From Eledone cirrhosa (Eukaryota), in contig OZ024740.1 in NCBI GenBank assembly GCA_964016885.1, positions 124,248,001 through 124,312,000 of the forward strand: 64,000 nt of DNA, in the 5' to 3' direction. Under the pieces are notes generated by a model. That model saw only the letters and a list, made by a program, of their open reading frames with translations, did not search any database and was not told where the DNA came from. This document shows positions 53,364 through 64,000 of this stretch, in pieces; within the stretch, counting starts at the first letter, position 1; each line of letters starts with the position of its first letter. Made by a program: the position numbers and the translations under genes.

Positions 53364-56031
53364 ATAGCATATTGCAATATATAATAGGAAACAAAATCAG
53401 GTAGAATAACATTATTTCATAACTACTATCCTATACAAAATTCTACAAATATGTTAAAGATTAGCTACAGAAGCTTCATTAATAGCAAAATACGAAACAA
53501 AATCAACACATAGATACAGCAATAGTGCACTCATGCAATAAACTATGAAAGTCATGTTGAATGAGTAATCATAAACTGTTTTTGCATCAATCAGTCTTTC
53601 CGTGAAAAAATTAATACATTTTTTCCAGTTTCACTTGTTGCATGAATAGTTAGCAGAAGCATGTATAAAAAAATATGCATATTTGCATAATTCTTGAACC
53701 ATAACCAGATGAAAATATGAACAACTAACTTTCAAGACATATATAAACATAAACCTAAACAAATTATAATATCGATGCAGAAGCAAGCATTTTAAGTCTA
53801 ATTCCTCTTGCTACAGCAGGGGGTAATCTTACAGGCCTCATGTCATGCTTCATGCTCAATATAGGGCCCTTTTGGAAGCAATAGTTTACAGCCAGTTGAC
53901 CATCCTCGTGCCAAACCTTTGAGTCACTTCTTACATTACAAAGGCTTATGGTATAACTATTCAAAGCTGGATACGCACAGCTAAAATCATAAATGTTTTC
54001 TCTCAAATCGAAATAATCAATGTTTATGTGGGCGAAAAATATCTGTTCAATATTCTTGCTTACAGAAACTCATACCAAGGAATGAGAAAGCTACAAAAAA
54101 TAATATAAATTATACAAAACCATTTTACAAAGTTTAGACAAGAACAGCCATGTTATAAGTCTTCCCTGCAACTTCCAATTAAACTACTGAATGTTGGATA
54201 ATTTTGCTTGCTATCAATTTATAATTTTAATCAGGGTATATTATGTTGTAAGATAATAAGATAGATTATTTCTTAGAAACAAAAATAAAATGTAATATAA
54301 AAACTTTTAAAATCAATTTATCAATGTTTCACAGCATTTCTGCAATCTAGGTAGTGATTCAATTTTCCCTTATCAATATTATTACTTTTATGTATCAAAA
54401 TGAATTGAGAAACAGTAAGCTTTCACATTTTAAACCCTTTGGATACTGATTACCTGGCATGTGTTATATCACTAAGCCTAAGCGAATGCACGAAAATAAT
54501 TGACACCAATGATATTACTGAATTAAATATGACAAAAGATATCTATATGAATTTGATATAAACCATTGCAATGCTTTCTCCTAGAACGTAGTCTAAATCA
54601 CCTATGTAAAACAAACACTGATTCATGCAAAAAGTAGTGTAATTAGTAGTCACTATTATTTTATACTCGTTTTTCCATGTATGCATGTGATGAACTGGGT
54701 TTTTCTTCCAGCACAACTTGTTGCATTATTTCCTCGTCTACTTCATGAGCATTTTGATATCAACTGTCACCACTTCTGCCCAGTAATAAAAAATGGATTA
54801 CTAGGCTGCCAAAATACAGTCAAACATTAATGGTCTCCAAATACCAAGCCAGTTGATTCAAAGCATCAATAAACTTACATTCATTACTGTTCAGAAAAAT
54901 AGTAAAATTTGATTATTTACATGCACACACACATACACAGGCAAACAATATAATCAAAAAGATTCATTTATACACATAACAGATACAGATACTGTCATTG
55001 TTATATTTCCAGAGAATTAAACTTTTATTATACGGATATTCATTAATGTACTGAGAATGATAACTTAAATACAAAATGAAGTGTTAGTTACTCATGATCT
55101 TCCTGATAGAGTTGGGAAATAAATCATGATTAAAGCTGGATTTAGTTGTATATTTCATTGAAAAGCCTAAGGAAAAAATATATATCTTTCCATTCAGCTT
55201 GACAGAAATATCATTAAAGAAATCTTAGAAGCTGACTACATACGCAGATATGGTTTGACCTCTTACCTTATATAACATTACTTAAAGAAAGTACGACAGC
55301 CGAAACAAGCCAACAACTATTGCAGTGAAGAAAACATACATCTTCATGTCTCTATTTTTATTATTGATTTCCTATTGCAGAGAGGTTATATTTTTCTTTT
55401 CATATAAACCATATATATTATGCACTATAAAAAAATAAAAAAATTCTCCATCTGAACATTATTATTTCCTCTTATTGCAGTCAATTACTGTTTTGAGAAC
55501 AGATGAGATTAATAGATTTCTGTTCAACAGAAATAAGAATGTCCTTAATATTGAGGTTATCTTTAAGAAAAGAGTATAATAAAAAAAATAATAGAAAAAA
55601 TACTGCTTTAATTCAAATCTATAGTCATTTTTATGTATGTTTGTCACAGTATATGTGTGGATATGTGTTTGAATCTATACATGCAGATATTTTTATAACT
55701 ATATAAATACTATATAAATCAATGTATGCATTGAATTTTATTTTGTATATCCGATGTTTACATATCCATACCAATACATCTAAGATGGTCTGGCAAGTGC
55801 AGCTGATATGTAAAGTAGTTTTTTGTTCATGTTATAATTTTTGGGGGTGAGGTGGAGGGTGTCGTTTTATTAGATATAAGCTCAAGCTTCCGAAAAGCAA
55901 TTCAACCAAGAACAGCGAGTGACGCCTGTTTTCAGATACATCAACATATAAATCAATGTTAATGGTCTGATTTGATCTCATAATTTTGGGTTAGGGTCAT
56001 TAATCCCAAAACTTATCATTCCCCTTCCTGG

Positions 56032-56066
<35 letters not shown>

Positions 56067-57254
56067 GCATGTGTGATGATAATGTCTAAATAAGCAGATG
56101 GCAACACAGTGCATGGGAATAAACAAGTTAAATATATTGAGCACAATATGCAACCAGCACTGATTTTATTTAATGCTGGTAAGATGCTAATTACTGTTGC
56201 TGGTGGAGGTATCACAATCAGAACTCTAATGGCTGCAACTAAATTTCACAAAGCATTATATTATCTCTGATACTCTAATGATTCTTCTAATCCACCTCAC
56301 TGCTCTCAATATAAGTATTAACTTTAATATCAAATTTTAACTCTTTTGAAATTCAAGTTTACAAATAATTGTTGTGATAAGATAAGCAAGCTAAAAGTAC
56401 ATTCTAAAGTTCTCATACCAGGAGAATTTGTAGTTTTGGAATGTTTTAATTTCCTTACATAATCTCTTTATCTCTAGCTAGTTGTCTTCAGGCAAAAACT
56501 CAGAATTTTATTTGATGAAGCCATTCATTACACTTATTCCATAATTCACTTCTTTAAGTTTCTGTCGAATTAAAGAAAACTTTCTTAGTGCTTCTGAAAA
56601 ATGGAATTGTAAAAAAATAAGTTTTAAACTTTTATATATAATTTGCACTAATAGATAAGTTTCACCCTCATTTTACAACATTCTTAATTCAGTACTTACC
56701 TAGCACTTAGGGTTTTATAGGCCCACCAGATAAGTGACATGCTGAATATTATTAAGTGTATTTCTTTCATTGAAAAAAAGATGAATTACACACGACTGTA
56801 TATAGTATTTTCCAACACCACCTTTCCCATATTTTGTCAAACAATCTCCACTTAATATACCTATCCGTTATTACATGTACATAAATTCTTCAGAATTGAT
56901 GCTTTTTAAATGCATTTTATTAAACTTTTTTGTCATCAAACCACCATCTCTCAATGAAGGAGAAATTACAAAGTTAAAGTTATGTTTTGAAGTGATAGAA
57001 CACCAATTTCCAACAGAAGACCTTTATATAAGCCATAATTAATTTTACTGAAATTTTACATAGGTTTTCCATGCTGGCATGGATTGACAAAATATTTTGA
57101 CGGATTTATTTCCAGGCAGCAACCATCACATTCATCTTTTTCCTTTTGCTCATTTAAACAGAGAGCAGACAAATATCGCTGCCTGTGATGAAGAAGAGAC
57201 AAATAAATACAGACATACACTCACACACACTCATATACATACATATATATATTA

Positions 57255-57770
57255 AATAAGCCTACTACCTCCGAACCCAACCCTTGGATGGGAGCTTTGT
57301 GCAACTGCCAAAATAAGGAAGCCTGCCCACTTGAAAACAAATGCCTGACAAATGACATCATAAACAAATGTGATGTCATCTCAGGCACTGATGACAACAA
57401 CAAAAAAGACTTACATCAACATGACTTCCAACAATTTTAAGACCCGGTGGTACCCCATACCCACACTTTTAGAAGACCGGACAATTCAAACAGGACAACA
57501 CTAACCTCCTATGTCTGAGACCTCAAGAGGAGCTCCACCCCTTTCACACTTAAATGGAAAATACTCCAGAAAGCGCGCTCATACAAGGGAGTACACAAAT
57601 ACTGCAACCTTTGTATTTCAGAGAACTACAAAATACTATTTGCCAAGGGCCCGATACTAAAAAACTCTCAGAATACTGCCCGAATTGCATGCACAAAAAC
57701 TTTCCAGCTTTCAAATATCTTAAGCCAGTGTTGATGCCAGATGGCTTAAAAAAACCTCCTTTTTAAAAAA
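57255..57770 (+). mobile_element. Decayed Penelope-like GIY-YIG endonuclease fragment
   Basis: Across frameshifts: CNCQNKEACPLENKCL...YINMTSNNFKTRWYPHTHTFR...TTLTSYV*DLK...KWKIL...YCNLCISE...CMHK. Same motif set as ORF 60553-61074. Confidence 0.85.
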
Positions 57771-58024
57771 ACTCCACTCGAAAAAATATCCCCATCCACC
57801 ACTATCCCACCCTACTCCCGCCCCCATCTCGACCCGCCTCACGGCACTATGGTTATGTAGGTACATCATACCTATCTGCTTTTTCCACATGTATATATGT
57901 ATGTTTATGTGTGTATCTGTTTATGTATACGTATGTATATGGTTATGTATATGTATGTGTTTGTATATAAAATATATATGTATGTATATATATATATATA
58001 TGTGCATATATATATATATATATA

Positions 58025-58062
<38 letters not shown>

Positions 58063-58080
58063 TATAGATATATATATATA

Positions 58081-58926
58081 TATAAGTATGTATACGTACA
58101 TACATATATGTATACAGACGTACAGTAGTATATATATATATATACATACATGCACACATATATATATGTGTACGTATGGATTCACCGAACATTTATTATA
58201 ATACTCGGTGTGTTTGTAAACAAACATCCCGTATTAAGCCGTACAGTGTCTAGCAACCATCGTTGCTCATTTGTTCAACCCTGACAAAGGAACGCTGTAC
58301 TAGTTTCAAGCTTATGAGCTATCGTCAGCAACGTATCCCTTCCTACCAGATGATTGAACGTTTGAAAGTATATACTTTCCTTATGCATATTAACAGCTGA
58401 GCAGCCTAATTTGCATATCGAGTGAGTTAATCGGCCGGGGTACCGAAAACGTTAAACAGAAAAAATGAAACGAAATTTCATTTGTCACTCTTAGTACGGC
58501 TGTTATATAAATATAAGAATGTATACACACTCGATATGCAAATTAGGCTGCGCAGCCGTTAATATGTATAAGGAAAGTATATACTTTCAGACGTTCAATC
58601 ATCTGGCAGGAAGGTATACGTTGCTGACGATAGCTAATAAGCTTGAAACTAGTACAGCGTTTCTTTGTCAGTGTTTAACAAATGAACAACGATGGTTGCT
58701 GGACACTGTACGGCTTAGTACGGGATGTTTGTTTACAAACCCACCGAGCATTATAATAAATGTTCGGTGAATCCATACGTACATATATATCTGTGCATGT
58801 ATGTATATATATATACATACTACTGTACGTCTGTATACATATACGTATGTACGTATACATACTTATATTTAAGTAACAGCCGTACTAAGAGTGAGAAATG
58901 AAATTTCGTTTCATTTTTTCCGTTTA
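58081..58926. repeat. Interleaved double inverted repeat (A 58081-58424 / A' 58528-58867; B 58453-58526 / B' 58853-58926) between TA-rich microsatellites
   Basis: Direct reverse-complement matching, e.g. gtatggattcaccgaacatttattataat / attataataaatgttcggtgaatccatac and aaaaaatgaaacgaaatttcattt / aaatgaaatttcgtttcatttttt. Confidence 0.93.
58618..58660 (+). ncRNA. Minimal type-I hammerhead ribozyme motif with an intact core (mirror copy at 58292-58334, - strand)
   Basis: ACGTTG-CTGACGA-T-agct(aata)agct-T-GAAA-CTAG-TA-CAGCGT: full core, palindromic stem III, GUA cleavage triplet. Confidence 0.8.
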
Positions 58927-58938
58927 TATATATATATG

Positions 58939-59034
<96 letters not shown>

Positions 59035-59042
59035 TATATATG

Positions 59043-59133
<91 letters not shown>

Positions 59134-59243
59134 GTATGTGTGCAATGTATGCATGTACGTGTTGGTATGTATGTATGTATGTATGTATGTATGTATGTAT
59201 GTATGTATGTATGTATGTATGTATGTCTATATGTGTGTGTGTA

Positions 59244-59275
<32 letters not shown>
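58927..59275. repeat. (TA)n/(TATG)n compound microsatellite
   Basis: Read directly from the sequence. Confidence 0.97.
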
Positions 59276-59365
59276 ATGTAGGAGGTGAGTTTTATTGTAG
59301 CACAATATGGCAATGCAGATATCGGATAAGTAGCACTCTACAGTTTGTAGGACTGGAGTATAAAT

Positions 59366-62326
59366 AATATAAGATCAAAAGATGGTTAAAAGAGTTCCAA
59401 GTATTTTATTATGCGCATTTCAAAAACAAATGTCATCATGAGATGATATCTGCGTTCTCATCAGATAAAATAGCGAGACATGATATGAAGCTTAAAAAAC
59501 ACTTGTGAATAGTGAAGTTTTAAATCAACATATGAAAAATAGATTAAGATTGATGTATGAGATTGCGAAAAAGTGAGCGGGGTGGTGGTGGAAAAAGTAA
59601 GGAATAGGAAGAGATCAGAGTAGAGGATGGTGGGGTAGGAGTATAAGAATGAGAGAGGAGGAGAGATGGGTGAGAAAAAAATATATATTGTCTCACAGAG
59701 AGAAATTAAAAAGCCGTTGGAAGATAATAGATAATTTAAAAGACTTTGAAATTAAAAGTTATTGAGGTATATGCATGAAGAAAAAGGAATCAAGAATAGT
59801 ATTAAATTAAGGTTTGTATATTGAAGGGTTTAATAATATGTGCGAGGAAAATAATTTATTAATATGTATTATTAAAATAAAAATATTAATTTTATTAACG
59901 ATATAATGTGAAAAGAAGGAGAAGAATGAATGAGTTATGAATTAGAGGAATTAGTTATGGTTTAAGTTTGTTTTTATGTAATGTAATATGTGTACGTAAA
60001 TAGTTTGTTTAAAATGAGCGCTGAAGGAAAGAATAAAAGAATGTTTAAGGAAGAAAAATATCTAACATCAAAAAGTATATATGTTTACGAAATATTTTCT
60101 AATGGTAATAATATAATATATTAAAAGAAATTAGATAGGGTTTAAGTTTTTTTTTATGTATTGTAATATGTAAAAGTCAAATTAAGTAGTAGTTTAAAAC
60201 GAGCATGAAAGGATGGAGGAGATAAGAAAAATTTAAGGAGGAAAAAATCTAACGTCAAAAATTATATGTTTACGAAGGACTTCTAATGGTAATACTATAA
60301 TGTATTAAAAAAATAATTGTTATGGCCAATGATATGAGGAAAGATTGAAGAATGGATAATGTTGTGGTGTGTAATAATAATAATTGAGAAGTAGTTGGGA
60401 AGAAAGGTACAGATTAGAGGTTAGAAATTAAAAAGAAAAAAGGAAGAATTGAAATAATATGAGCGTCATAATAACAGCAGTACTACTCCCGACGTCATTG
60501 TTAACTCTAGGCTAGATTCTGTAAATTAAATACGACGTCAAACGTAACTTCGTTGAATGTTCATAATACCAATCTAAATCAGGAAACTATTATTCCTATC
60601 GCAAATAACTTCTCCATTCCAATTCCTTCTATAAATAATACTAGGTCACTTGTTAATAACTCTGTTAATTTCTCTAATCGTAATTGTAATTCCCCTGTTA
60701 GAACTAAATGTCCTCTTAATAAAATAACCATTGTCTTGATAAAAACCTATTTCGGTTCCACCTCCACTTCCTTCAAAGCTAGATTTTATAATCACAATTC
60801 GTCTTTTAGATACCAACTTAAAAGAACTAACACGGCACTCTCGGAACTCATATGGTCCTTGAAAGACAAAAATATTAACTATAACATCTCTTGGAGGAAG
60901 GTTTGTTCTGCCTTTCCTTACCTGAATTCTTCCCTATCCAGAACATGTAATCTCTGCCTAGCAGAGAAATTTACCATTATATCTAATTTCAATTCTATAA
61001 TAAATAGACGCACGGATTTATTTTCTCTCTGCTTGCATAAATTTCACAGAACATTCCATAAAGTATACAGCTAATATCATAAAATCTTACTAGTTTAAAA
61101 TCCTTTTTTCTCAAAGGCTTATATATCTTTTACACATATACCCATCTTTCTACCTTATTTCAATATTATATATTATATAATACAATGTACTCATTCTATA
61201 TCATTCCTCTTTATCATTTTCCTTTCTTCCTTTTTTCTTTTTAATTTCTAACCTCTAATATGTACCTTTCTTCCCAACTACTTCTCAATTATTATTATTA
61301 CACACCACAACATTATCCATTCTTCAATCTTTCCTCATATCATTGGCCATAAAAATTATTTTTTTAATACATTATAGTATTACCATTAGAAGTCCTTCGT
61401 AAACATATAATTTTTGACGTTAGATTTTTTTCTTCCTTAAATTTTTCTTATCTCCTCCATCCTTTCATGCTCGTTTTAAACTACTACTTAATTTGACTTT
61501 TACATATTACAATACATAAAAAAAAACTTAAACCCTATCTAATTTCTTTTAATATATTATATTATTACCATTAGAAAATATTTCGTAAACATATATACTT
61601 TTTCATGTTAGATATTTTTCTTCCTTAAACATTCTTTTCTTCTTTCCTTCAGCGCTCATTTTAAACAAACTATTTACGTACACATATTACATAACATAAA
61701 AACAAACTTAAACCATAACTAATTCCTCTAAATTCATACCTCATTCATTCTTCTCCTTCTTTTCACATTATATCCTTAATAACATTAATATTTTTATTTT
61801 AATAATACATATTAATAATTTATTTTCCTCGCACATATTATTAAACCCTTCAAAAAACAAACCTTAATTTAATACTATTCTTAATTCCTTTTTCTTCATG
61901 CAAAAACCTCATTAACTTTTAATTTCAAAATCTTTTAAATTATCTATTATCTTCCAAAGGCTTTTTAATTTCTCTCTGTGAGACAATATATATTTCTTTC
62001 TCAGTTGTAAAGGCTATCTCTCTCTCTCTATCACCCATCTCTCCTCCTCTCTCACCCTTCCTTCTTATATTCCTCCACCACCATCCTTTACTCTCATCTA
62101 TTCTCTTCCTTACTCCCTCCCCCTCACTTTTTCGCAATCTCATACATCAATCTTAATCAATTTTTCATATGTTGATTTAAAACTTCACTATTCAGAAGTA
62201 TTTTTTAAGCTTCATATCATGTCTCCCTCTTTTATCTGATGAGAACGCATATATCATCCCATGATGATATTTGTTTTTGAAATGCGCATAATAAAATACT
62301 TGGAACTCTTTTAACCATCTTTTGAT

Positions 62327-62335
<9 letters not shown>
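59366..62335 (+). mobile_element. Penelope-like element 3' portion (GIY-YIG, ORF 60553-61074) with a ~1.1-kb inverted pseudo-LTR
   Basis: ORF motifs CPLN, YFGSTSTSFKARFYNH, TALSELIWSLK, CNLCLAEK, NRRTDLFSLCLH. The GIY strand appears deleted. Arms 59366-60448 / 61222-62335; each arm has an internal ~190-bp tandem duplication. Confidence 0.92.
62230..62296 (+). ncRNA. Type-I hammerhead ribozyme motif (mirror copy at 59404-59470, - strand)
   Basis: TTTTAT-CTGATGA-G-[long stem II including atatcatc(ccat)gatgatat]-GAAA-TGCGCA-TA-ATAAAA. Confidence 0.8.
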
Positions 62336-62390
<55 letters not shown>

Positions 62391-62411
62391 CAATGTATGC
62401 ATGTATGTGTT

Positions 62412-62450
<39 letters not shown>

Positions 62451-62529
62451 CGAAGGAGTTGTGGTAAGGAACCAGATTGACCATAACGCACCAGAGTACT
62501 CAATACTTAGGGTAGTAGAGTGGGTAATT

Positions 62530-62636
62530 GGAAAATGATTGACCCCGACGGCAGAGCTCAAGCCGTTTCGACGGCTATTTCTGGAAATAGCCGTCGAAAC
62601 AGCTTAACCTGTGCCGTCGGGGGTCAATCATTTTCC
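62530..62636. repeat. GC-rich hairpin followed by (TA)n
   Basis: ggaaaatgattgaccccgacggca ... tttcgacggctatttc-tg-gaaatagccgtcgaaa ... tgccgtcgggggtcaatcattttcc. Confidence 0.92.
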
Positions 62637-62684
62637 TATATATATATATATATATATATAGATATGTATATTTGTATATATATA

Positions 62685-62767
<83 letters not shown>

Positions 62768-63064
62768 TATATATGTATATATATATATGTATATATGTGT
62801 GTGTGTGTGTGTACGTGTGTATATGTATATATATGTATGTATATGTGTATATATGCATATATTCGTGTATATTTGTATATGCATGTATGTTTATATGTAT
62901 ATATATGTATGTTTTTGTATATATGTGTATGTTTGTATATATGTATGTATATACATATGCATATATGTCTTTTATATATGTATGCGTGTGTATATGTATA
63001 TATATATATGTGTATGTATGCGTGTATATGTATGTGTGCCATCATCATCATCATCATCATCATC
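62637..63064. repeat. (TA)n/(TG)n degenerate microsatellite ending in (CAT)n
   Basis: Read directly from the sequence. Confidence 0.95.
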
Positions 63065-63109
63065 GTTCAACGTCTAACTTCCACGCTAGCATGGAAATAA
63101 GGCCCTCAT

Positions 63110-64000
63110 CTTAGCTAGATTTAACACTAGTTTAACTAAAGAAAAAATAGATATAATGTTTGCAGCGCGGAAAACTATTGTTGATTTGGAGGCTTCTTAC
63201 TGGACCAGAACCAACCGTCCTGAAAACTTTGATATCACGATGGGGTCAAGTGACTCGGCGAAGGCAACTTATCTGGTCGGAATTTACCTTCTGCATAAGC
63301 TTAGAGATGAGATCCCTGTACTACAAGGAGACGTAAAAACCTTAGGATAGAAAACCTTAATAAACCTATACACAAGTTCTTTAAATCGTACGTCTTCTCT
63401 GTAACTGTCGACCACAATCATCATATAGTTAACTTCTTAGATGTTACCTTAGAATTAGGTACTGGTTTATACAGACCTTACCATAAACCAGGTAAAGTTC
63501 TATCTTACAACAATTATGCTTCTAACCACCCTAAATCTACGCTCAACTCTATTGTGTATAGCGTCTCGCATAGGATCTCTAGGCTTTCTGCTAATGAAGA
63601 CCTCTTCAACCAAACTGCTGATTATTATAACAAGGCATTGGCTGATTCAGCAAAATTTCATACCTCCATGATGCAGGCTCTATAAAGCCCCCCTCGTGTA
63701 GGACTAGTGTTATAGCGAGCCATACCTATAACCAACGCGACAGCGGTCCAAATAGCGTAAAAAATATTAGAAGAGATAATAGAGCCACTAGCTCCGGCCC
63801 GCATCATAACTATAAAGCTAGCGGGAAGGGCGTATTACCACACCCACACCATCATAGTCCGGCTAATAGCAGCAACTACAGCCTACTTGAATTATTCCCC
63901 GCTTAGAGGCTTAATAAAGGTAATGGTTTATTACCTACACCTTCTAACCCGCCTAGGGTAACTCGGAACCGCCGTACAGGGACAGTCTGTGCACTCATAC
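63110..64000 (+). mobile_element. Penelope-like RT fragment with internal deletions; runs off the right edge
   Basis: NFDITMGSSDSAKATYLVGIYLL, VNFLDVTLELGTGLYRPYHKP, ASNHP, RISRLSANEDLFN, YYNKAL. Confidence 0.85.

Noticed and set aside
53764-54095. Minus-strand 80-aa ORF and a possible 15-nt microexon
   Set aside because: No recognisable motif, an in-frame stop just after the acceptor, and such matches are expected by chance.
58345-58380. Second hammerhead-like string CAGATGA...GAAA-gtatatac-TT
   Set aside because: The core has A instead of U in both arms and there is no convincing stem I.

Overview
AT-rich eukaryotic (animal) genomic DNA. The repeat landscape is octopus/cephalopod-like, but that is inferred from repeat types only. 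I could not support any host protein-coding gene: nearly all long ORFs are decayed transposon ORFs or microsatellite translations. The window contains two inverted copies of an RTE-clade LINE with a PHD-type finger, a GC-rich L1/Tx1-like LINE, CR1/L2-like, Rex3/RTE-like and CRE-like LINE fragments, two SINE families, two Helitrons, a hAT-like element with an 8-bp TSD, and several Penelope-like (PLE) fragments. The most notable pattern is a series of fold-back (inverted-repeat) units embedded in (TA)n microsatellites. They range from about 100 bp to 3 kb, and several carry a minimal type-I hammerhead ribozyme motif in both arms. Two have a PLE GIY-YIG remnant in the loop; the others have no coding sequence. 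There is also a nested Helitron > hAT > SINE/LINE/fold-back stack at 8.9-14.1 kb.
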